From Nitrosopumilus sp. (GTDB taxonomy: Archaea > Thermoproteota > Nitrososphaeria > Nitrososphaerales > Nitrosopumilaceae), in NCBI GenBank assembly GCA_965238275.1, contig OZ250186.1, positions 928,001 through 992,000 on the forward strand: a DNA stretch of 64,000 nucleotides, read 5' to 3'. The notes beneath the pieces were generated by a model that saw only the letters and a program-made list of their open reading frames with translations, did no database searches and was not told where the DNA came from. The position numbers and the translations under genes are program-made. This document shows positions 18,533 through 27,086 of this stretch, in pieces; the stretch's first letter is position 1; the number at the start of each line of letters is the position of its first letter.

Positions 18533-19641
18533 TTGTTACTCAGAAGGAATCCTTCTATCTGATCCCTTGCCCTCTCCCTCTTTTTTTGGTGTTCTGACAG
18601 AAACCTGTTGATCTTTTCGATGAGCATCCCCTTCAACTCTCCTGAGAGCAGGCTTCCTGACTTGTAATCATCATACACTGCCTTGAGTTTTTTGTCGTCA
18701 GGCTCAAAGAACATTCTCAGGTACTGGTATGATACGTCAATATCCGGATTACCCCCCATCTCCCTATGCTCTTTGATGTCGGATCTGCCTCCGGAAAATG
18801 CATGCCCATTGATCTTTTTTTCGACTGCTCCCGGGGTGTCGGTGGTGTAGATGGTGTTGTTCTGGTCTGAGGCTGACATCTTTCCACCGGGACCCTCCAG
18901 TGCCGGCATCATTATGTTGTGGATGAGTGCAGGCTTTGGCATGCCGATCTTGGGTGCAACGTCTCTTGTGAGTCTGAAGTGGGGATCCTGGTCCACTCCC
19001 AGCGGAATCAGGACCTGCCCGTCCTCTATAAAGCACGGTGCAGACTGTAGCGAGGTGTAAAATATCATGCCGATGTTAGTCTCGCCGGTAAACCCAAACG
19101 TCGCCTTTGTGTTTGAAAAGTTGATCCTCTTTGCCACCCTGGCCGCAATCGGGTACAGGGTCTGGATGTTTCGCGTATTGATGATAATCTTGGTGTTTTC
19201 CGGCTTGAAGCCAAGTGCGATGAAGTCCAGCGCGTTCTCGTAGGCAAAGTCGCCGGTCTCCTCAAGCGTGATGTCCGGCTTTGAGTAGAACTTCTCATCG
19301 TCTGTCAGCTGAAAGTACATGTTGACATCAAACTTTTCCTGCAGCCACCTTGCAAAGACCCACGGGACCAGATGCCCTATGTGGGTGTGGCCGGACGGGC
19401 CCCTTCCGGTATACAGAAAGAATTTTCGTCCTGCGTCATACTCGTCAAGCACCCTGGACATGTCCCTGTGCGAAAAAAAGACGCCCCTTCTGAGCATAAA
19501 GTGATCATCGCCGGCCCTTTCCCTGATCCTTTCAAGAATCCGGGGGGAGATTCTCTCTGTTCCAAACCGTTTTATCAGTTTCTCATAGTCTATCTCGCCT
19601 TCTACATGCCATGGTGTAACAGTAAAGTCGTCAGTCGGCAT
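18529..19641 (-). CDS. trpS: Tryptophan--tRNA ligase
   Basis: YTGRGPSGHTHIGH, GVDQDPHFR, KMSAS. Confidence 0.97.
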   Translation of the reverse strand: MPTDDFTVTPWHVEGEIDYEKLIKRFGTERISPRILERIRERAGDDHFMLRRGVFFSHRDMSRVLDEYDAGRKFFLYTGRGPSGHTHIGHLVPWVFARWLQEKFDVNMYFQLTDDEKFYSKPDITLEETGDFAYENALDFIALGFKPENTKIIINTRNIQTLYPIAARVAKRINFSNTKATFGFTGETNIGMIFYTSLQSAPCFIEDGQVLIPLGVDQDPHFRLTRDVAPKIGMPKPALIHNIMMPALEGPGGKMSASDQNNTIYTTDTPGAVEKKINGHAFSGGRSDIKEHREMGGNPDIDVSYQYLRMFFEPDDKKLKAVYDDYKSGSLLSGELKGMLIEKINRFLSEHQKKRERARDQIEGFLLSNK

Positions 19642-19695
19642 TTCGTTTGATGTGGCTTCTTAAGATTTAAAAAGTCTTTTTCAGATTTTGAGCTG

Positions 19696-21174
19696 TTGAC
19701 AAAGGTACTGCACGACATTGAAAAAAGAATCATCAAGGCCATCAAGGATGATGAAAGTGTAGGCCGGCCACCATACCCGAAGAATTCCCTGAAAGATACC
19801 ACCACTCTCTATACCACGCTTGGAACCATGACCGGACTCTCACTGGATCAGGTTAGAAGGGGAATTGAATGGCTTAGACTCAAGCGCCTCATACGTGTGG
19901 ATTTGGAATCTACAAATGCATTCTGTATGGCCCGAAACGGTCAGGAGTCCCTTGAGAATAAACTGCCTGAGAGGAGGCTGATGAATCTTCTCAATTCCAA
20001 GAGTCCTAGGAACCTCCCTGATCTGCAAAGGGATCTTGGACCATTACTTGGACCTGCGATGGGAATTGCAAAAAAGAACGGCTGGATAACCGTATCGGGC
20101 GGATCAGTATCACTCCGGGAATATCCTGGGGAACTGCTTGCTGAAAAGGCACTCGAACGGTTTAGAGATCCCGCCGCTCAAGCCACTGAAAATGATGCAA
20201 GGCAAGGTCGGATCGGCTTGTCCGAAGACAAGTTCAAACCTGGAGAATTGGCCTCGTTGGATCGTCCAGGGTTTCTTGACGTGACAAAGGTAGTGAAGAG
20301 ATCCGTGTCCCTTTTGGATTCTGTACAATCAATTGATCTGTCCGACTCTGACGGGATAGACGTGGCGGCTGGTGTCCCAAACCTTGTTGTGGCAAGGAGA
20401 CACCCACTCAAGGACGTGATTGATGAAATTCGTGAGATCTTCGTCACACTGGGATTCACCGAGATAAGCGGGAATATGACCCAGTCAAGCTTTTGGAACT
20501 TTGATGCACTCTTTACACCGCAGGATCATCCTGCCAGAGAGATGCAGGATACGTTCTATCTTGATTCTGCCGTTGCTGCTACTAGAGATGTCGCATCTGA
20601 CTTGCAGATGAGAAGGGTTTCTGAGTCGCACCGGAGAAACTGGCGATACCGGTGGGATGCAGAACAGGCACGCAGGATGGTTCTGCGAACCCACACCACA
20701 TGCGTTACCATCCGGCATCTGGCAGAACACAGGCCCGAGGAGGCCAGGTTCTTTTCGCTTGGCCGTGTCTTTCGGAACGAAAAGGTAAGCTACAAGCACC
20801 TTGTGGAGTTCAACCAGATCGAAGGGGTGGTAACCGGAAGGAATGCAACCCTGCGCGATCTGATGGGAATCCAGAAGGAATTCTACAGGCGGATTGGAAT
20901 TACCAAGGTCAAGTTCTGGCCTACGTTCTTCCCGTATACGGAGCCGTCGCTTCAGACGATGGTGTACAACGAAAAGCTTGGAAAATGGGTGGAGCTGTTC
21001 GGGATGGGCATCTTTAGAAGGGAGGTCACAAAGCCGCTTGGAATCGACAGACCCGTACTGGCCTGGGGAGGAGGAATAGAGAGGATTGCAATGCTCAGAT
21101 ATGATCTGGACGACGTCCGGGAGTTTTACAACAACAATCTGGACTGGTTGAGGAATGCTGTAAAATGCCAGTAG
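19696..21174 (+). CDS. pheS: Phenylalanine--tRNA ligase alpha subunit
   Basis: FWNFDALFTPQDHPAREMQDTF, LRTHTT, FPYTEPS. Confidence 0.97.
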   Translation: MTKVLHDIEKRIIKAIKDDESVGRPPYPKNSLKDTTTLYTTLGTMTGLSLDQVRRGIEWLRLKRLIRVDLESTNAFCMARNGQESLENKLPERRLMNLLNSKSPRNLPDLQRDLGPLLGPAMGIAKKNGWITVSGGSVSLREYPGELLAEKALERFRDPAAQATENDARQGRIGLSEDKFKPGELASLDRPGFLDVTKVVKRSVSLLDSVQSIDLSDSDGIDVAAGVPNLVVARRHPLKDVIDEIREIFVTLGFTEISGNMTQSSFWNFDALFTPQDHPAREMQDTFYLDSAVAATRDVASDLQMRRVSESHRRNWRYRWDAEQARRMVLRTHTTCVTIRHLAEHRPEEARFFSLGRVFRNEKVSYKHLVEFNQIEGVVTGRNATLRDLMGIQKEFYRRIGITKVKFWPTFFPYTEPSLQTMVYNEKLGKWVELFGMGIFRREVTKPLGIDRPVLAWGGGIERIAMLRYDLDDVREFYNNNLDWLRNAVKCQ

Positions 21175-22814
21175 TGGAGATTTCACATTCGCGCCTTCGA
21201 AGGCTGGTGGGCGGCTCCGCCAGAAAACAGATCTCAGAGACTCTGCCGTTTCTGGGGCTTGACATAGAATCCGAACACGGGGACGCAGTGCGCGTGGAGT
21301 ACAGCCCGAACAGGCCTGACTACTCTACTGATTTTGGGATCGCGCTGGGCCTGCAGGGGCTGCTTGGGCTCAAAACGGGGGCAGTCAGACTCATGGTAAA
21401 GGAATCTGACAGATACCAAATCTCAGTCAGCCCCGGCGTCTCCAAGATTCGACCGTTTGTGACCGGAATAGCCGCCATGGGTGGCCGAATCAATGACCAC
21501 ACCATCAGACAGCTGATGGCGATGCAGGAGGATCTCCATATGGGGCCGGGCAGAAGAAGGAAAAAGTCCTCCGTTGGGATTCATGACATGGACAGGATCA
21601 AGTTCCCCCTGGAATATACTGCAACATCGCGTGATCACCGGTTTGTCCCGCTAAACTCAAAGGACGATCTCTCCATCTCTGAGATTCTCAGTACCACGGA
21701 CGTGGGCCGGAACTATGGCAGCGTCCTTGAAGGACACACCATGGTTCCGATAATCCTTGATGCCGCCCAGGACGTCATCTCGTTTCCGCCCATCATAAAC
21801 TCCGCCCTTACCACCGTGACTACAAAGACCAGAAACCTGTTGGTGGAGATAACCGGAACCGGCAAGGCCGATGCAGAAGACATGCTTGCCGTGGTGGCAA
21901 CCGTCCTGCAGAGTGCCGGATTCTCCCTGGAGACGCTTGGCGTGTCGGGCCCGAAAAACTCCACCCCGTCCCTCAAGACCAGGCACATGACACTGGATCC
22001 ATCACTTGCAAACCAGACCCTTGGACTGAACCTTGGCCGGTCAGCCGTGGCATCTGCCCTCAAAAGATCAAGGCTTGATGCGTCCGTCCGGAAGGGAATG
22101 ATCGAATGCACCATTCCTGCATACCGCTTTGACATACTCGGACCAATGGATCTTGTGGAGGAGGTTGCACTTGGATACGGAATACAGAATCTTGATCCCG
22201 TCCTGTCCCCGTCCCAGACGCTTGGACAGGCAAGCCCTGTCTCATCGGCACTGAGCCTGCTTGACCAAACCATGATCGGGCTGGGATTCCTTGAGGCGCT
22301 AAACTCCAGCCTCACCAGCATGGACACACTCTACACCCTGACAAACAGGAAACCCCAAAACCCGTTTTCGGTACTTGACTCAAAGAGTCGCGAGCACACC
22401 GTCCTGCGCGACTCCATACTGCCAGAACTACTTGAGAACCTTTCAAGAAACATACACGTGGCATACCCGCAGAAAATCTTTGAGACCGGCACCATATTCC
22501 TTGAGGGCGACCCGGTATCTGAGGTTACGAGTCTTGCCGCAGTCAGCGCCCATGATGATGCAAGCTTTACTGAGATAAAGTCCGTACTCCAGTCGTGCCT
22601 TGGAACGGGGTTTGGAATCAAGATACAGACTCCCCCCTCCGCCCATCCGACATTCCAAAAGGGCAGGTGCGCTGACATTGTGATAAATGATCAAAGGGCG
22701 GGGACAATCGGGGAGATCGACTCTGAGGTAGTCCGGAACCACAAGATCCGCAATCCGGTTGCAGGCTTTGAGATGTTCCTGTCCGGAACCGTCCTAAAGC
22801 CCTCTCAGCCATGA
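21165..22814 (+). CDS. pheT: Phenylalanine--tRNA ligase beta subunit
   Basis: PNRPD, SFPPIINS, PAYRFDI...DLVEEVA; overlaps pheS. Confidence 0.96.
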   Translation: MPVVEISHSRLRRLVGGSARKQISETLPFLGLDIESEHGDAVRVEYSPNRPDYSTDFGIALGLQGLLGLKTGAVRLMVKESDRYQISVSPGVSKIRPFVTGIAAMGGRINDHTIRQLMAMQEDLHMGPGRRRKKSSVGIHDMDRIKFPLEYTATSRDHRFVPLNSKDDLSISEILSTTDVGRNYGSVLEGHTMVPIILDAAQDVISFPPIINSALTTVTTKTRNLLVEITGTGKADAEDMLAVVATVLQSAGFSLETLGVSGPKNSTPSLKTRHMTLDPSLANQTLGLNLGRSAVASALKRSRLDASVRKGMIECTIPAYRFDILGPMDLVEEVALGYGIQNLDPVLSPSQTLGQASPVSSALSLLDQTMIGLGFLEALNSSLTSMDTLYTLTNRKPQNPFSVLDSKSREHTVLRDSILPELLENLSRNIHVAYPQKIFETGTIFLEGDPVSEVTSLAAVSAHDDASFTEIKSVLQSCLGTGFGIKIQTPPSAHPTFQKGRCADIVINDQRAGTIGEIDSEVVRNHKIRNPVAGFEMFLSGTVLKPSQP

Positions 22815-22962
22815 CGCTGCAGACAGTATTGCCCCTGCCGAAAGAATTCCAGCCCCTATGACTGACTCTACCACCAGCCTCTGATGGATTGCCCTCTCCT
22901 CTGAGCCAGGCAGCATGCGGGATTCTGAACCAAGCCCCTCCTCAAGATACTGAATCTGGGGA

Positions 22963-23122
22963 TATAGCGACGCGCATAAATTCGTGCAGTCTAACCTGCG
23001 ACTGCAAACTCTGCGCTTTCCGGCGCTCTGTCAGACCTTCTATAGCGGCGAGCGAAAGTTCGTGCAAACAGATCTCTCTGTAGCATGTCCTGATGCTCTT
23101 TCCGGCGCTCTGTCAGACCTTC
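22963..23122 (-). repeat. Tandem duplicated element-end module (78 and 82 bp); putative omegaRNA 3' region
   Basis: Identical 25-mer CTTTCCGGCGCTCTGTCAGACCTTC at 23016-23040 and 23098-23122; TIR-like 26-mers at 22963 and 23041; unrelated 27/31-nt segments between. Confidence 0.85.
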
Positions 23123-24543
23123 CAATATTGTCGTCGTTGCCGGGTCCAAGCCGACCTGTCGAATTGTTCATTCCAGAACTATCCGATCCGTGATCCTCGC
23201 GCCTTGTGACGACCTCGACACCTGCAATGGTGCCTCCACGATTCCCGTGGGCTTGGCCGCCAGTCTCCTCCGTATGGAGACAGTCATTATCCAAAATGTT
23301 TTTTGCCACGTTCTTGTCGGCATGGTGGCACCATCCGCATGAGACGCAGACAAATGATTCGCCGTTCCTGGATTTCTTGTCCACTACCCCGCAGGCAGCG
23401 CACCTCTGGCTTGTATGTGCGTGTTCCACGCGTCTTGAAATTCCGCCTTTCTTTTTCATCTGCCATTCGACTTGCGTCCTGAACTCTCCCAGACGGGAGT
23501 AGGCCATCTCGCGGTTGAGTCCGGTCTTTGATGCCTTTCCGTTGGATCTTCTCATTCTGGTCAGATCCAGGTCTTCCAAAAACAACGCTGACAACCCCCT
23601 TGTTATCCGCCTGGCGATGCCTGTCTCGTTGTGTCTTTGCCTGTCAGATGTCTTTTTCAATTCCTTTTTTATCACGCGGCCTGTTTTCCCCCACTCCCTT
23701 GATCCACGTTTGTATTTGGATCGCCGTGCACGCAGCCTGTCAATTTTGTCGCCGCCATGCCTTCTGCATCCGCCAGGAACATTGTACAGTCTCTCGTTTC
23801 CGTGACTGTCTGCCACTGCGGCAAGGTGCCTGACTCCCAGGTCAAGTCCTGCAATTTTGCCGCCGACGTCTGCAGGCTCCGGATCCGGAATTTCTGTTTG
23901 CAGGCACAGTCTGAACTTGCGCTGGAAATCAGCCGTCTTGCGCGTGACCTTGTCGGTAACGTCGATCATTTGAAATGACACCAGCCTGCCTTCAGGCATT
24001 GTCGTGCGCGGTTTTACTTCCCCGAGTCCCGGCAGGAACACGCACCCGTTATCACGCAGTTTTGGCCTTCCGCGGGAATTTAACGAACGCAGCCTGGTGA
24101 TCTTTTTGTCCCACCGCCTCATCAGGCTTGACGGCTCTGTCCACCTGTTGTGCTTGTACGTTTGACATTTGCCAAGCCTTGCCTGTTTTTTGCGCCAGAC
24201 GCGCTTGTGGTGCTTGAGCCGGTTTGCCTTGCGGAATTTGGCCACGGCCTGGAATGCCTGTTTGGATGCTGCCTCGTGCATGTGGCATGTGCCAGTCAAG
24301 TCAAATTTCTTGCGCCACATCGTTATCATATTGTTTAGGTCAAATTGGGTAATCCTAGGATGTGCAAGCTTCATCATGATTGTCATGTCGTAAACAATGT
24401 CGGTTTCCCGGGAGTATTTCACGATCTTGCGTGAGAGTTCCCTGGATTGTTTTATCTTGATGTTTTTGCTGACAATCATGCATGCAAATAGAATTGGTTT
24501 CTTAAAAGGAGTGTAAAAGTGCACGAACTTATGCTTTTAGCTA
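22965..24543 (-). mobile_element. Non-autonomous TnpB-carrying element with terminal inverted repeats and TA duplication
   Basis: Ends TA|TAGCGACGCGCATAAATTCGTGCA (22963-22988) and TGCACGAACTTATGCTTTTAGCTA|TA (24520-24545); boundaries fixed by the host ORF reconstruction. Confidence 0.85.
23040..24479 (-). CDS. tnpB: TnpB-family RNA-guided endonuclease
   Basis: RuvC-I AGLDLG, RuvC-II FLEDLD, Zn finger TSQRCAACG...CVSCG, RuvC-III HADKNVAKNI; likely ATG at 24479 with TTTTAAG box upstream. Confidence 0.92.
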   Translation of the reverse strand: MIVSKNIKIKQSRELSRKIVKYSRETDIVYDMTIMMKLAHPRITQFDLNNMITMWRKKFDLTGTCHMHEAASKQAFQAVAKFRKANRLKHHKRVWRKKQARLGKCQTYKHNRWTEPSSLMRRWDKKITRLRSLNSRGRPKLRDNGCVFLPGLGEVKPRTTMPEGRLVSFQMIDVTDKVTRKTADFQRKFRLCLQTEIPDPEPADVGGKIAGLDLGVRHLAAVADSHGNERLYNVPGGCRRHGGDKIDRLRARRSKYKRGSREWGKTGRVIKKELKKTSDRQRHNETGIARRITRGLSALFLEDLDLTRMRRSNGKASKTGLNREMAYSRLGEFRTQVEWQMKKKGGISRRVEHAHTSQRCAACGVVDKKSRNGESFVCVSCGWCHHADKNVAKNILDNDCLHTEETGGQAHGNRGGTIAGVEVVTRREDHGSDSSGMNNSTGRLGPGNDDNIGRSDRAPERASGHATERSVCTNFRSPL

Positions 24544-24720
24544 TAGTCAAAGATTACGACCATGGAGCCAAGAACCACCATTACAATCCCCACCAGAAAG
24601 AGCATCGTACGGTTCATCTGATTCCAGTCATAAACTGCATCATTTAACCCTGGTCTAATCCGGTATTCCTTCCTGGGCCAAATTCGTGCAGGTCCTGCCC
24701 GATACAAATGTGGCTTTTTT

Positions 24721-24864
24721 CATATACTCTAAGTTTTTAGCCTGATGCCCCTGTTAGGAGATCATGATCAAAAATAGTTTTAAAAAATTAGACAGACGCG
24801 GATTTTCTGATTGTAGATATGGAGTTCAACTCCAGATACATATACTCTAAGTTTTTAGCCTGAT
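24721..24864 (+). repeat. 26-bp perfect direct repeat, two copies 92 bp apart
   Basis: CATATACTCTAAGTTTTTAGCCTGAT at 24721-24746 and 24839-24864. Confidence 0.9.
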
Positions 24865-25072
24865 TGCCCAAGAGCAGGCACGCAGACGGATCAGGATGAT
24901 GTCGATCGTAACGATACCTGTGATTTCTGATTCACCCAGGTGTGCTACATTATGGGCAACCCCGGTTACAGAGCCAAGGGAGGTTTTTGGCTAAATGCCG
25001 ATGAACCTGTGCGAGTCAGAGCCGGGGAACATCCAAAAACCATAAAACAGCCCTCACACCCACACCAGACGT

Positions 25073-25510
25073 ATGACCAACTACTGGCTTGCAAAACAGG
25101 AGCCTGGCGGCCCGAGGGGATACAGCTTTGGACAGCTTGAAAGGGACAAGGAGACTGTCTGGGACGGCGTCCATAACAACCTTGCACTAAAACACATGAG
25201 AAGCATGATGCCCGGAGACCTGGTACTGTTCTATCACACCGGCGGCGAGAGGCAGGCAGTCGGCATCATGGAGGTAACATCAAAGCCATACCCCAATCCC
25301 GCAGAGGCCTTTGAGCGCTTTATCGTGGTGGATGTAAGGTACAAAAAGGCGCTAAAGCGCCCCGTGACCCTTGAGGAGATAAAGGCAGATGAAAGATTCC
25401 AAAACTGGGAGCTTGTCCGGATATCCAGGCTCTCTGTAATGCCCGTACCGCCGCCCGTATGGGACGCCATATTGGCAATATCTGAGACCCAGGCACGATC
25501 GATTTATTGA
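25073..25510 (+). CDS. EVE domain protein
   Basis: YWLAKQEP, WDGVHN, GDLVLFYH, SRLSVMPV. Confidence 0.92.
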   Translation: MTNYWLAKQEPGGPRGYSFGQLERDKETVWDGVHNNLALKHMRSMMPGDLVLFYHTGGERQAVGIMEVTSKPYPNPAEAFERFIVVDVRYKKALKRPVTLEEIKADERFQNWELVRISRLSVMPVPPPVWDAILAISETQARSIY

Positions 25511-25535
25511 TATAACCGTCCCATGCAGGAAATTT

Positions 25536-25775
25536 ATGGCAACAGCTTATGTTTTAATAAACTGTGAACTTGGCTCAGAAGAGGCAATCATCCAGCAGTT
25601 GAAAGGTCTGGATGGCGTCAAGGAGGTTCATGGAACCTTTGGTGCCTATGACATCCTTGCCAAGATTGAGTCTGACACCGTTGAAAAACTCAGAGAGACC
25701 ATTACTTGGAAGATTCGAAAGATTGAGAAGATTCGTTCGACTCTTACCCTGATGGGAATCGAGGGGCAAACCTAA
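25536..25775 (+). CDS. Lrp/AsnC ligand-binding-domain protein
   Basis: AYVLIN...GAYDILAKI...STLTL. Confidence 0.9.
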   Translation: MATAYVLINCELGSEEAIIQQLKGLDGVKEVHGTFGAYDILAKIESDTVEKLRETITWKIRKIEKIRSTLTLMGIEGQT

Positions 25776-25795
25776 CCCTATCCCTTTTTCTTATC

Positions 25796-26389
25796 ATGCT
25801 ACTCCACTTCATCTTCCTTGTAAGGGAGCAGGATCTCCAGAGGCGCAAGCCAGAGTTTGAGTACATACAGAAGATGGCCCGGTTCTATAACGCGTGGATA
25901 TGGGAAAAATTCAGACTCCGCTACGATGTCTGCTGCGACGAGATGGTCATAAGGCCCAGAAGCATACTTCAGAGGATTGACACGCACACGCTTGTAAATG
26001 ATCACAGGCAGAGGGGGGATGACACATACCACTTCTATCTGGCACATTTCAGACCCACGTGGACTGACTGCACATGCGAGGGATACCATGCAGAAAATTT
26101 TGGCATGATCTTCTGGAAGCCTCCGGGGGAGGAGGCCGACGGCGAGCTGTTCCTTGCAGAAAAGAACTGCACTGCCGTATCACATGAGATTCTTCACGAG
26201 ATGCTCCGGTTATCCGGACGCAAGAGATTCATTCGGGACGTTCATGACGTATGGACCAAGCATCTCTTTGAGAATCTGGAGTTTGAGCAGTACGGGGATG
26301 ACTTTGCAAGGACTGACGGGATGCCGGTCTTTCTTACAATGAACACTGCACAGCTTGGCCTGGAAGACGGCCTAGTATCTGGTGACTGA
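25796..26389 (+). CDS. Conserved hypothetical, possible zincin (HExxH)
   Basis: SHEILHE motif. Confidence 0.7.
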   Translation: MLLHFIFLVREQDLQRRKPEFEYIQKMARFYNAWIWEKFRLRYDVCCDEMVIRPRSILQRIDTHTLVNDHRQRGDDTYHFYLAHFRPTWTDCTCEGYHAENFGMIFWKPPGEEADGELFLAEKNCTAVSHEILHEMLRLSGRKRFIRDVHDVWTKHLFENLEFEQYGDDFARTDGMPVFLTMNTAQLGLEDGLVSGD

Positions 26390-27004
26390 GTAGATGTTGT
26401 TTTCAAAGTTTGCAGTCTTGAAGTCCAGCGTGTCTTCTTGCTCGTTGGACCTTGACTTGTTCAGGTTGTCAAGCTCGACTAGCGCATCGCCCCTGAAACC
26501 CACCGAGGATCCATAGATTGCATCTGTAAGCATCGTTCCGTGATCACCCCTCTTGATGTCGTCTACCATGTCATAAAATCTGGTAGTCTCCCTTTTGTTG
26601 ACCGGATTTCCAGTTGCCTTGTTGTATGCCACTGAAATGTACATTCCGTTGCTCTTTACTGCAACCTGAATCTTGTGATTCTTTCCTGATGCTCCGGGAA
26701 TCATCTCGTTTACCAGAACCTCGCACTTGTGGTACATGCTTGAGACGTACGCGTAGAACCTGTACTGTGCAAACTTTCCTGCATGGTCCTCCTGGCATTC
26801 GACAAATATCCTGTGCAGCATCTCCAGTGCGTCATCATTCATGCTCTGAAGCCTGTCATCAATCCTGCCTCTCTCAAGAAGGGTCGACTTGGTCTCTTTT
26901 GCGATCAGCACCAGGATAAAGTCCGGCAGGTTGTAGTTTTTGAGGGCCGCCACAAACGAGCCTGACTGTGACATGCCAAACTTTGGAAATCCCTTGTTGA
27001 CCAT
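26372..27004 (-). CDS. Conserved hypothetical protein (possible degenerate restriction-endonuclease-like fold)
   Basis: Likely start MVNKG at 27004; GASGKNHKIQVAV segment. Confidence 0.65.
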   Translation of the reverse strand: MVNKGFPKFGMSQSGSFVAALKNYNLPDFILVLIAKETKSTLLERGRIDDRLQSMNDDALEMLHRIFVECQEDHAGKFAQYRFYAYVSSMYHKCEVLVNEMIPGASGKNHKIQVAVKSNGMYISVAYNKATGNPVNKRETTRFYDMVDDIKRGDHGTMLTDAIYGSSVGFRGDALVELDNLNKSRSNEQEDTLDFKTANFENNIYSVTRY

Positions 27005-27086
27005 GCCCCTAGACCATTCCCCTAGATCATTCCCCGAGGATCGGCATACACAAACATCATAATATAAAGCCCCCATTGGCTTATAA

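Larger units (their letters stand above)
22794..24617 (-). pseudogene. 80-aa two-TM membrane protein gene split by the TnpB element (parts 24546-24617 and 22794-22964)
   Basis: Removing the element plus one TA restores an open frame MNRTMLFLVGIVMVVLGSMVVIFDY-PQIQYLEE...AASWLRGL*. Confidence 0.85.

Noticed and set aside
22965-24543. Calling the tnpB locus a Cas12f CRISPR system or a standard IS605/IS607 element
   Set aside because: No cas1/cas2 or true multi-repeat array, no tnpA, and the ends are inverted repeats
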